A stretch of 64,000 bases of DNA from Hormiphora californensis (Eukaryota > Animalia > Ctenophora): assembly GCA_020137815.1 (NCBI GenBank), contig CM035350.1, forward strand, positions 496,001 through 560,000, in the 5' to 3' direction. The notes under the pieces are model-generated. The model did no database searches. It worked only from the letters and a program-made list of their open reading frames with translations, and was not told where the DNA came from. This document shows positions 38,432 through 50,215 of the stretch, one piece after another. A program made the translations under genes and the position numbers. The first letter of the stretch is position 1. Every line of letters starts with the position of its first letter.

Positions 38432-39427
38432 TACATAATACATATAGTAGTAGTACGTAACTCCCTCCCGCGCGGGCAGATAATCAATAGACGCACTGCG
38501 GAGCCAGTAGGAAATAATCTCCTACCTGGCTGGCGGATTATTCAGAGTGCGCCAGTGGCACTTCTCGCCACTGGCGGGTTATGTAACGTAGCAGGATATA
38601 TCACACTACTTACTAAGCAAATTGTTTGAGCGAGGTCACCTAGCAACTCCACTTGCACGTGCAATTATTAGATTGACCTGGAGACCTCCCTGCCTGTATA
38701 GTTAAGGGTACCAAGGGACAATTCAATTCTGCACGTGCATTCTTTTACTTGTGTCCTGATGTCCAGCTCTTCCACCCCAAGCGCTATTCGGCAACGGTTA
38801 TATAGATCCAGAAGATCTGCTGCTGTCATGACAGGTTAGAAAATATGACAGATTACGCCAACGCCCAACGTGTTCGGGAGAGCCAATCAACGACTTCTGA
38901 TAGCTTTACCCAACGTCGCCCAAGGGTGATTACCCCAGTCGAATATAGAAATATCCGAATCGGCTACATAGCGGCCAAGTTTTCACGTGATGAGTTTCTG
39001 CACCTGACAAGATGATAGACAGCTCTCTTGGTTCCTGTGACTTAACATGCCCTTTTTGCCTGGCGTATATTAATGGCAAGTGGAAAGGGAATCTTGCTGT
39101 GAGAAGGAAGTGATATTGTTGCCCAGTATCCCTCCGCCGCATCCGGATCTCTTAAATGTGCACCGTGACATTGTCAGGAAGCCCAGAGCGTACAACAACA
39201 TGGGCAGGGAGATAGTGAGAGATGGTGGTGTCAGCGTTCTCTAATCCAGCTACCATTTTCCCAAAATTCGCCCGTAGGGCGAACGGGCATACTAGTATGT
39301 ACTATGAAAGTTTGTACTTTGTAGCTAATTGGCGCATTATGAAGTTGGCCAACTGGACACGGTGTCCTGGAAGGAGGTTTTACCTCGCCTAGAGTGACCC
39401 GAGAAGTTACGGACCCTACCCCACGTA

Positions 39428-39859
39428 TTTTTTCCCTGCCCGGGTGAATGCCGAAGGCATTCACCCGGATGCCTTTTTACTCTGTAAAAAGGCATAGCAG
39501 GGTTAGAATTCGAAAACGACATTTTGGTATACTAACTAATCGGTAGAGGGACATTTTTTGGTCACACTTTCGTTGCGAGGGCAACGGTGTAGCAACAAGA
39601 GCCGCGCACACAGTTACGAGCTGCTCCTTCATAAACCACTTCATTGGCACGTTTTCAGGAAATGTGTGGCGCGCAATGTGGCGGCGTGGCACGCAATTTA
39701 GTGCTATTAAAACACAAGGATTTGCTCTATACTGTTTGTGTGATATATAAATGGTCGGGATTTTTGTCCCGCTTCCTGCTACAGCGGATCTGGTCATGAT
39801 TTCCTTTCTTGGCAGGGAAATTCAGCATTATGTTAGAACATAATGCAATTAATCTTGTT
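39428..39859 (-). mobile_element. HINE/Helentron (DINE-1)-like element, copy A
   Basis: Subterminal IR TTTCCCTGCC/GGCAGGGAAA, terminal hairpins, T-run flanks. Confidence 0.6.
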
Positions 39860-40336
39860 TGACGTAGAATCCGAAAAACATTGAAATCCGAAAAAAATTA
39901 AAATCCTGTATAGTGCCGTTTATGCGTAAAACGGCAAAAACTGTAATTTTTAGCAGTTTTCGACTTTTTTCGTATTCCAGAGGTTCTAGAAAATTCCCCT
40001 TAAAAGATACGGTCTTGAGAATTTATACCACTAAAATACACTCAATTTGCTTCAAATTGGTGCTTGGTTTGTATGATTTGGTCAAAAGCTCTCTTTACTG
40101 TGGCCCATTAAGAATGGGGACTCTGCAAATATGTATTTGGTTCCTGTGGCCACTGTTGTGGACCAAAATAAGAGTTAGTATACACCAAAATTTGCGTCTT
40201 CTCAAGGCGAACAACCTGGTTTTTACGAAGTTTGATTTCACACAGGCGTTCAAAAGTTCAAAAAGCCGAAAAACTGGTAGTCGATTTCGGACTTACCCCT
40301 ATACTTAATCAAACTCTAACCCAGGAAGTAATTCTA

Positions 40337-40768
40337 AACAAGATTAATTGCATTATGTTCTAACATAATGCTGAATTTCCCTGCCAAGAAAGGAAATCAT
40401 GACCAGATCCGCTGTAGCAGGAAGCGGGACAAAAATCCCGACCATTTATATATCACACAAACAGTATAGAGCAAATCCTTGTGTTTTAATAGCACTAAAT
40501 TGCGTGCCACGCCGCCACATTGCGCGCCACACATTTCCTGAAAACGTGCTAATGAAGTGGTTTATGAAGGAGCAGCTCGTAACTGTGTGCGCGGCTCTTG
40601 TTGCTACACCGTTGCCCTCGCAACGAAAGTGTGACCAAAAAATGTCCCTCTACCGATTAGTTAGTATACCAAAATGTCGTTTTCGAATTCTAACCCTGCT
40701 ATGCCTTTTTACAGAGTAAAAAGGCATCCGGGTGAATGCCTTCGGCATTCACCCGGGCAGGGAAAAAA
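40337..40768 (+). mobile_element. HINE/Helentron-like element, copy B (near-identical, inverted)
   Basis: Reverse complement of copy A; the two spurious 106-aa ORFs differ at a single residue. Confidence 0.6.
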
Positions 40769-41192
40769 TATACATTCTATACATGAAAATGAAGCTCAGA
40801 CAAATGCCAACATAATGCAAAAAACGGGAAGTGTCTAACTTATTTCCTTTAGAAGTTATAGCCAAAATAAAAGTGCTTATATTTGCCTTGAAAATACACT
40901 CTAAAAACCATACTTTTAGACAATTTCTGACAATTTCAAACAAATTTTGTCCACAGGGGGATAACTTGGTGCACTGGAGGTGACATTTTGTTCGTATTGC
41001 ATTTTTAAACAGATTTGCTGTTCAGGGGGAATTTGGTTTAAAAAGTCACTTCCATACATTGGAATGTTAATTCATCGCCTATTTTCGATGTTAATATTAA
41101 TAAAACTACCAAAACTAACATAACACTTCCAACTGAGGACCTTTTTAGTTTGTTTTTAGTTTAATTGTATGAACATTCTGTCAAACTTTTAG

Positions 41193-41328
41193 AGTTCATA
41201 AAGGAGTTAATGCAGCATGCTGAAGGAAGGTTTAAACCTGCACCACGCCAAACAGTGGAACTTTCTAATAAGAACTTTGCTGCATGGACTAAACAGGATC
41301 GTTCTCTTGTCATTTTTACACACGCTGG
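41193..41328 (+). CDS. PDI-like exon 4 (linker + start of Trx domain 2)
   Basis: EFIKELMQHAEGRFKPAPRQTVELSNKNFAAWTKQDRSLVIFTHAG; TTTTAG / GTAAGT. Confidence 0.82.
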
Positions 41329-41828
41329 GTAAGTAGTATATGTGACATTATATACCGTAGTAAACGTACGCACGCTGTTTGTTGCATAAACGACGCCGTT
41401 CTACTCCGTTAGCGGTGAGGAATGGCGTCGTTTATGCAAGAAACAGCCGCGCACATTAAAAACGGCGCCGATAACCGCGTTGTTTCTGCAATTCAGATTG
41501 TTTACCAAAAATCAGTTGCAGAAACAACGCCGTTAACGGCGCCGTTTTTTACGTGCGTGGCTGTTTGTTGCATAAACGACGCCGTTCCTCACCGTCAACG
41601 GAGTCGAATGGCCTAATAAATTTTACTGTACATTATTGTATATACGCTGTTAGATCGAAAGGTATCCCTATTTTACATTAAAAACATTGCCTGCCTTGTT
41701 ATTTGTTGGCAACTTGTTAAATGTTATGTGTTCGGTACACACATACTGCACTGGCAAGTGCCCCGGGGCCTATCCACCCCCTCCAAGAAAGTAAGATAAA
41801 GATGCGAGGGGCCGTCAGGCCCGAAGCT

Positions 41829-42054
<226 letters not shown>

Positions 42055-42464
42055 TGACGAATGTGTGAGATAATATCTGGTACCTAAACACATGTTCTAC
42101 ATGGTATTATGTCAATAAAAGAATTCAACCCAATATCTAGCCCTATTTTTCTCACTCTCCTTCAAGTAGAATCCCCCTTTTTCAACCCAATATCTAGCCC
42201 TATTACTCTCCACCCACCCCACCCGCCACCAATATATACATACACACTAAACAAAACTGTGGACTGAGAACAAATCCTTGCTAGTTTAGCCTTCTAACCT
42301 AATTGAACCTAATCAGACTGATAGGTCTGGCATATCCCGTATCAAAGATTAATTGAAAACGAAGACGAAACTGTGGTTCAAGATCAAAGTATAAACGTTC
42401 CTGGTAAAAATAACCACACAGGGCTAGAACAACCCCGAGAAGAGCCCCACTACAAATCTCCCGT

Positions 42465-42603
42465 TATATTGTGAACCTGCCAGATGGTAGTTCCATGCGA
42501 GGGGAGAGGGCGGGGGGACTCTTCTCCAGTGCCGGCGTCATCACTTTGCGATAGTCCCATGTGGGCCCAGGCGGCAGGCACTCGGAGTAGTAGTAGTAGT
42601 AGT
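42465..42603 (+). mobile_element. (TAG)n-tailed SINE-like copy
   Basis: Shared body plus (AGT)6 tail. Confidence 0.65.
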
Positions 42604-42668
42604 AAGTAGGGAACACGAAGCCTCTAAGGTGCACACTCCCCCTTGACTCCCCCAGTACTGTATTAGTA

Positions 42669-43503
42669 GGGTAAGCTGGGGTAAAAGTGGTCCACTTTTA
42701 ACGTTTTAGGTTCTAAAATACGCAATTTATACAGCAGGAAGAAAAAAATATATAGGCTATCCAATGAAACCTTTTCCTTTCAGCCGAGCTAAATTTTAAA
42801 ATCTACAAGTTTTATTTATTGCCCCGGTGCAAATTTTCCAAAAAAAGCCTCACCAAATTATTGAAATTGATTAATTATAATTAATCAATTTCAATAATTT
42901 GGTGAGGCTTTTTTTGGAAAATTTGCACCGGGGCAAAGTGGCCCAAGCCAATAGCATTGCTTGATTTTATCACGTGCCTGGTGTTGTTAGACGAAACGAT
43001 CAAATTAGGGGCAAAGTGGCCCATGTTCTGCACCGGAACATGAGCCACTTTGCCCCTAATTTGACCGTCGAGACTACATTTTTGTTCTGGACCACTTTGC
43101 CCCAGTGCATTCTAATGTCACGTGGTATTGCAGGCGCCATTTCATTGGTCCTAGAGGTGGGCCACTTTGCCCCAGACCGGACGAGAACCACTTTGCCCCG
43201 GAGAGTGGGCCATATTTGCCCCAATTTCACAAAATTGACAATTAAGACAAAAAATTGCCAATTTCTTCAAAATTTTTATACCATGTTTTAGAGAATTATA
43301 AAGCCTAACTGGCAGTTTTTGCAAAATTGAAATCGGCCAACCCAAACAGAAATGACAGCAATTTTAAAGCGAAAATTCGGAACAGAACGAGCAGGTCTCC
43401 GCTGGAGAAAAAGTCACGTGACCACATGTTATTACTAGGGCCACTTTGCCCCATACATGGGCCACATATTTACCCCGTGGGCCATTTTACCCCCAGCTTA
43501 CCC
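42669..43503. mobile_element. Complete GGGGCAAAGTGGCCC MITE (Tc1/pogo-like)
   Basis: TA|GGGTAAGCTGGGGTAAAA...TTTTACCCCAGCTTACCC|TA. Confidence 0.85.
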
Positions 43504-43788
43504 TACCATACGAACGCGATGAGACCGAATTTCGGGATCAAATTACATAAGCATGCAGTTGAGTTAGGGTTTTGAAACGTGGTATCCAGCTTTCCTTTTA
43601 CTATCACTGCTAGAGTCCAAAGTTATAGACTGATTGGATCTAAAATGCCGAAACGGTAGGGGTGTCAAATCCGGGTATGTAAGTGTCGTCTATATATACA
43701 TGTTGAGGGGTAATCCCTGTAGTGATCTCACGTGGCCAGGCATAGAAGACTCAGGATGTTACAAAGGTGAACAAATTTCAATAGCAAA

Positions 43789-43823
43789 ACAGACGTTTCG
43801 GCGTAAAATAGCCCTCATCAGTG
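43789..43823 (-). ncRNA. Penelope-type minimal hammerhead motif (stem I weak)
   Basis: CUGAUGA-G-GGC-UAUUUUAC-GCC-GAAA-CG-UC. Confidence 0.45.
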
Positions 43824-43949
43824 ATAGGGACGAGAGAGCGTGGGGATTCGCGTCAATGGGTGCTCTAGTCAAAACAATTGTTTTTTTGGGGGTATTTCGG
43901 GGCTTGCACGTGGAAAATTGACGTGTTGTTAGGGGTGGTTGGTGGGGTT

Positions 43950-45246
43950 TGGGGAGTGCACGTGCGAATGTTTTCACTTCTCGTCTTACAACTTATCGTT
44001 TTGCATCGAATTTCGTCCTCTTGTTTTTAACAGTACCACAGCAAATGGCTACCTTCTAGCTTTTACACAAAACAGCGAAAGAATGGAAATCGACAAAAAC
44101 TGGTACGATGAATGGACACAAAAAGTGAAGAGGCTACCAGTCACCATGAATAGCGTTCTGGGGAGAGAATGGGAGGCTGACCAGAAGAACGGATGGAAGG
44201 ACGCCACTTGGCAGATAATGCGAGGTGAAAACTGGGATGCTTTGATTGAACTAATGGAAAATACGGTTAAACTGTACAAATTGCTGAACGACGCCGATGA
44301 TATCTTCGCCAAGTCCACTACAAATGAAGCTGTCAAGCAAACAGCTGTAGACAGACTAAGTACAGACAAGGAAACCGCAGATTGCGAGGAATCGTTGGCG
44401 GGTATTGAATCGGTCAGTAATGCATCTGAGTCACTATCCTGGATGCTTGATCGAAAATTGGAATCAGTTGATGATGAATCTGGCCCTGGGTCACTATCAA
44501 TGTCTAGTGAAATTGCTTCCTCCTTATATAAAGAAGAAAACACGAGACCCACTGACAAGCGGCAGAATGTTATCGTGTTTTTACCTGCAGATATGGATTG
44601 CTCTATTCAGGATGAGGAGATTGAAAAAGCTTTTGCATACCTTGGGTGTGAACAATTTAGTATACTGAATACGGAAATGGTCAGGGACAGAGGTGAGGAC
44701 TGCAACGAGAAAATGGTACTTAGAGTACAAATGAACACAGTAAAACAAGCATCAAAAGCCCTTGCTAATGCGTACAAACTGAAGAACTACCCTGTGTCTG
44801 GAATCTACATTGCCAAGGCATGACATACCATCAACGGCTAAAGATGCGAGAACTTGTGAAGACTCTAAGGTACAGGATAGAAATGCTACCAAAGTACCGA
44901 TGGAAAATTTTTGATTGGGAAGTGGTTAACGTTGGTCGTTTCAAGAAACAAGAGCAAGATTCCAAGCACGATTTGAAGGACAGTTATAGTGGTTCACTGT
45001 ATAGTATTTATAGTGGACCACTATAATAGTCAGTGGTGAAGTTTTTTGAAACAAATATAGAGTAATACGAGAAGTCAATAAAACTGAGTGAAAGGGTGTC
45101 CTGCCTAATGCAGACAGGTCTACGATATAAACAATAAACATTTTGAAATTACTATAGTGAGACATGGAAGTGAGTCTAGACATTATTTGCGTAGAGTACA
45201 TGTCGAGTTGGCCGTGTGGCCAAAATCTTTATTATTATTATTATTA
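43950..45246 (+). mobile_element. ORF1-only retroelement in PDI intron 4 (5' boundary uncertain)
   Basis: ORF1, ~200-nt UTR, hairpin TTGGCC-GTGT-GGCCAA, (TTA)6 tail; no RT. Confidence 0.62.
44083..45026 (+). pseudogene. Second LINE ORF1-like CDS (one frameshift at ~44820)
   Basis: KRQNVIVF, VLRVQM, AYKLKNYPVSGIYIAK(D)MTYHQRLKMRELV, homologous in pattern to 16678-16956. Confidence 0.72.
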
Positions 45247-45723
45247 CTAGAAAGCCCATTGAAGTCCTACGATAGCCCCCCCCCCCCCCCACCCGTCCCC
45301 ATGTTTCTCTTCCCCTCTTACTCTTCGTCTCTCCATGTCGGGATAAAGAGGTTGGTATAGTGGTAGAATGCTGGTGATAAACATCAAGGGAAATCCCGCT
45401 GAATAACATGTAGAATCAGATGATAAAGATCCGTAGAATTGTAGACATGTGTAGAGAATCAACGGGGTGCGTAGGTAGAAAGGCTTTGGCAATCATGGAG
45501 GTCCCAGCAGTAGATCCCAAAACAACGCAGGAACAACACAGGAACACAATTTGTAAGAAATGTGTGTTTTTGAACTGCTTCAGATCAAACATCGATAATA
45601 GGGAAGTGTTCCTTATAGCGTGAGGGGAGGGGTGGGAGGGGTTGAGAGGAGTCAATACTAATAGGGGCGAGAGGAGTTGTTTGGTCTTTTGCCTGGGCTC
45701 TCTAGTCATAACAAAAAAGAGCA

Positions 45724-45939
45724 ACTAGTACCAAAAACCAATCAAATTGATTTGGATAACTCGGGGTCCAAAGGCGTCGGTATGCAAAATGTTGGTGATC
45801 AAAAGGGTTACTATAACAGTAGTACAGGAAAATCTAAAAAAAAGACTACTGTAACTGGTAAACCTACTTTTAAGGTCGCATCCAGACGCCTTTGGGCCCC
45901 GGGTTATCCAAACCAATTTGATTGGTTTTTGGTACTAGT
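45724..45939. mobile_element. Small foldback MITE
   Basis: ACTAGTACCAAAAACCAATCAAATTG inverted arms. Confidence 0.7.
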
Positions 45940-46001
45940 GTATTTGTATATGAACACAAAAATTTAATCCACCATCCCCTATAATGAACTATACTTTTCA
46001 G

Positions 46002-46110
46002 AGATGACAACCTTATCTTACCATTCATCGATGAAACTATCGTCAATATGAAGGAGGCAGGAGAGGAGCTTATTCTACCTGTAGGCGTGCTTAACACCAC
46101 TGTCTACAAA
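46002..46110 (+). CDS. PDI-like exon 5 (Trx domain 2, no CxxC)
   Basis: DDNLILPFIDETIVNMKEAGEELILPVGVLNTTVYK; TTTCAG / GTAAGA; phases 2 to 0. Confidence 0.72.
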
Positions 46111-47280
46111 GTAAGAAGCTTACTTATTTTTGGATTTTTTATCCATGTAGATGCAGTAGAACTGGTAAAGAGTGGTTTGAATCGCGAAATTCCAGAAGTT
46201 TAATTTTTGACGTCATTTTTGACGGGAAACTCTAACTGAATGCACGTGCAGTAATGGCAGCCCATCAACTGGAAAACTCTAACTGATAATGGGAGCCATC
46301 ACTCTGGGCGCACCAGGATTTGCCACATTCTGCTCGTAAAAGAGGCTTTTACGTAGCGCGATGACAAACACACGGACATGATCGCGCGTTCTGTCCATCA
46401 TTCCTTCCATCCAATTAGAGTTTTACCGTTGATGGGCCATTACTGTGCGTGCATTCAGTTAGAGTTTCCCCTAACGCGACGACACCACGTTAAAATTTCA
46501 TATTGATGACTCACTGGGAATATCTAGATGAAGAAGCCGACCAAGTTTGAGATCGATTGAAACAGATTTGAGCCCGCTAGGACGAAAAGAGTCATATCTA
46601 TTTTCACATAGTCATGACACTTTCGACGCGATTTATGACCCTTAGGGACCAACTTGCTAAAAAGTACCCGGGTATATTTGTATCAAAAGACGTGTGAAGA
46701 GCCATGCGGGTTAACTTACCCGCACAACATGAGTGCTAACAACCCAATCCAAATACGTGTGCCGGCGGCGGGTGTGCTATTTTTCCTAACTCTAAATTCA
46801 AAACAAATTTTCACTTAGTTTACCCTTTGGATGAGTTCCTCCGATCATTCTAAAACATTTGGTACACAAAATTTTAGCTCTACCCTGGCCCAATTACGTG
46901 GGCCGATGTATGCCCATATTTCTTCAAAACCTGGGACAGTCCGAATTGCATCAACCCCCCTCCCCCCTTTTCCAGAGATGTCCGAAATCGGCTACCTCCC
47001 CCTACTACCCCTGGACGTCCTTTTTGAATGGCCCCTATCTTTTTTCGTTTGGCCTGAATGGTTTATAAAAAGCGTCTTTCCAATGTGCGGGCGTATGCGC
47101 GGGTGTACAACGTAAAAATTCAACAATGTGCCCCCTAGTATAGAATATGTTGACGACATCATAACTAGAGGGGAATCACCTTAGAATAACATCTTGAATG
47201 AATGCAGAGCTGCCGCATCCGGCCTAAAATTGTGCGAGTGTTTGCGATCCAATGCAAATATTTGCGATTGATTGCAAATA

Positions 47281-47446
47281 AAGAAAGTAATTTTGATATC
47301 TCCTTCTGGTGATCAACACACACTGTACAACAGTTTAATGGGGAATCTTACACATACACGGGCAGAACTCGGTTAAGGAGAGATTAATTAGTATTCTGAA
47401 TAATGAGTTCAGAGCAAGAATTAAATAGGGAAGAAAATCGAAAAAT
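47281..47446 (-). mobile_element. 5'-truncated collinear copy of the tRNA-SINE
   Basis: 13-bp TSD TTGATTG(C/A)AAATA; joins the two halves seen inverted at 3920-4191. Confidence 0.78.
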
Positions 47447-47884
47447 TTGATTGAAAATAGTTGCGATAAAATGCGATAAAATGCGATTGCGACATAATGC
47501 GATTGTTTGCCACCACTTGCTAATAAATGCGATAGAATGCGAACGAATTCAATATTTTGCTACTAAATGCGATCTCATGCAAATGAATGCTAATTCATTA
47601 CGGAGACACTCCGCCAAATTCGCAAAAAATCGCATAAAATCGCAAAAAATCGCAGGATATAGCAAAGTATAGCAAGTCATCGCGAATCATTGCAGACATT
47701 CGCAAACGTTCGCATAATTTCCGGCCGCTTGCGGCAGCGCTACTCAAACTCTTCGAAAATTTTCGAGTCGTCAGATTGCAGTAAAAGGTGTCCTCTAGAC
47801 ATCCTACGTACCACGTGGTACATATCACATGACTACAGCCCTCCATAAGATCAGAACGTGCGCACACTTGGTGTTTTTAACCAA

Positions 47885-48747
47885 CTAGCGGCAGCGCACC
47901 CATTGAGTGCGTCTCAAGTAAGGGCTTTTTGATAACCCACCCGGCTTCGCCGGGCGGTTCTTTTCGCCCTTTTCAACGGCAATAACACGGTTGCCATGGC
48001 AACTGAATCGGTAACTATGGGGACTAGCTTGTTAAAAGTCATTCGAAAATATCAACAAACTTCCACTGGACGTTCCAAAAGTGTGAGCAACAACTTTACA
48101 GCTTTGGGCACATAAAATGTTTTATGAAGGAGCGTATCCCTTGTTACCTTGTAACGCCACTCGGACGACGTTCATTAAAATTATAATAGGGTTTTTCTCC
48201 CCCCGGTTTCCCGCCAGGATGTTTGTTTAAGCACGTGCTAAAAAGATCATTCAGGTTACGAAATCAGCAACTTGGGGATACTAAAAGTCGTCCGTCGTCA
48301 CAACTTACACATAGGCAACAAAGTGTGCTCATAAACTTTAACTTCACAGTTGATGCACAAGGAATGTAACACACTTGATGCGCGCAATAACTCACTCGAC
48401 CTTCGCTACTTCACATGAAATCATTGGTACATGACGTGCTTTAGCAAGTGATTCCGAAGCATGAAATACACAGAATATTGCATGACGTGCTAAAGATATG
48501 CAGGGTAGAAATCAGCGTTGGTTAAAAAGGTCTCGTCACGTCTCGTTCATAGCAAGCTGCTCCTAAAATCTTTAATCACACTGTTAGCACAAGGAAATGA
48601 TTAACACACATTGTGGCGCGCAATTACTCACTCGTAACACTTCCTACTTTCACATGAAATCACTTTGGGTACCATGACGTGCTATAGCAAGTCTTCCAAG
48701 CATGAAACTACTATCACACAATAATTGCAAGTGACTGGTGTTAAGAT

Positions 48748-48790
<43 letters not shown>

Positions 48791-48833
48791 AGAGAGAGAG
48801 AGAGAGAGAGAGATACTCCTGATTTATAATTGA
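47885..48833 (-). mobile_element. Probable non-autonomous Helitron
   Basis: Minus strand A|TCAATTATAAA ... hairpin CGCACTC-AAT-GGGTGCG ... CTAG|T; internal (GA)n. Confidence 0.5.
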
Positions 48834-49583
48834 TGACAATTGCAAAAGGTATGAGAGGAGGCGATGTGGTTTGGAAGCTAGTAGTGTGTTTCACGCAAAT
48901 TGCGTAATCCTTGCGTAACCCTTGCGTATTCCTTGCATATTCGGTACTCACGGGGTTCTCCATTTTCTAAAAAGCGCAAGGATTACGCAAGGACTACGCA
49001 AGGAAAACGCAAGGTATACGCAAGGATTACGCAAGCATTACGCAAAGAATACGCAAGGAATACGCAAGGAATACGCTATGGTTCTGCATAGAATTAGTTA
49101 GGGCAAGATAGCCGAAATTAGTGGCAAAATTCTTTACAAGCTAATTTCTTCACAAAGTGACCCTAATGGGTCTTGTGAACAACCAAAAAAAAGTTCCAGC
49201 CGATCGGAGGTGAGGAAGACCCTCATTTCCGGGTGGGCGCGGCACCAGTATTTTCAGCCTAATTCCAAAAACGTAACTTTCCTTAGGAAAGGAGTAGAGA
49301 CAAATCTTAGGACATTAAAATGTGTAGCGTCCTCGCATTAGTGGGGGTAGACACCCATGAAAAGTTCCTATCTCAATTAGTTAATTGGTTAATTGGATAA
49401 TTAGATGTGCGCATAGCCGTATCTTTGATATTATGCGATTTATACGGCTCAGCCATGAGTATTGACCTGTTTTTGACCGCTGAATACGATTATGAGCTCC
49501 ATCAGAACCTCTCAGACCCTTCTAAATACCCTCAGAGCCCACTATATAGCCCTCAGAATCGACTTGATACCTCTCCGACCCTC

Positions 49584-49683
49584 NNNNNNNNNNNNNNNNN
49601 NNNNNNNNNNNNNNNNNNNNNNNNNNNNNNNNNNNNNNNNNNNNNNNNNNNNNNNNNNNNNNNNNNNNNNNNNNNNNNNNNNN
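49584..49683. other. Assembly gap (100 N)
   Basis: Direct. Confidence 1.
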
Positions 49684-49766
49684 CTCCTAAGCAACTGTCT
49701 TGGTTATCATAGCAACTGCCTTGGTTACCATAGCAACCACCCTGGTTAACCATAGCAACTAACATC

Positions 49767-49981
49767 GGTAAGCGGACTCTAGTGCTAAAATCACGAAAAG
49801 CGAACTCGAGATTTCGGCCGTTAGGCCGGAAACGAGAGTTTTCTGTACCTCTATACTCGTTTAGAAGTGTTAGGGATGTTATTTGGGTTCGAGGTTAGGG
49901 GTTAGTGTAAAGGTTAGGGTTAGATATAGAATCCTCCTTGGGTTTAGATATAGAGTCCGTTAGCACTAGAGTCCGCCCACC
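49767..49981. mobile_element. Short copy of the TTAGGG-bearing MITE
   Basis: Same TIR; exact 9-bp TSD ACTAACATC. Confidence 0.85.
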
Positions 49982-50215
49982 ACTAACATCGTATCAGCCA
50001 AAAATTGCTCTTAGAGTGCAAAATTCATCGAAAATCTGAATTTGAAGCTTAGTCATTAGGGTCTGACTGTGGTCTGAAACCCCCTAGGGGCACGAAGCTT
50101 CTGAATCACCTTTTTGAGACGAATCCAACGCAACCGGACTAATAGTCATCATTTTTACACCCATCTGGGGCAGGGAAACACCGCATTATGAATACATATA
50201 ATGCTTCACCAACAG

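Noticed and set aside
38905-39235. Secreted Cys-containing exon on the minus strand
   Set aside because: Two in-frame stops and no consistent splice path; cannot be supported without data
39477-40719. Duplicated 106-aa ORFs on opposite strands (also 33562/34410)
   Set aside because: By-products of inverted repeats with no recognisable domain
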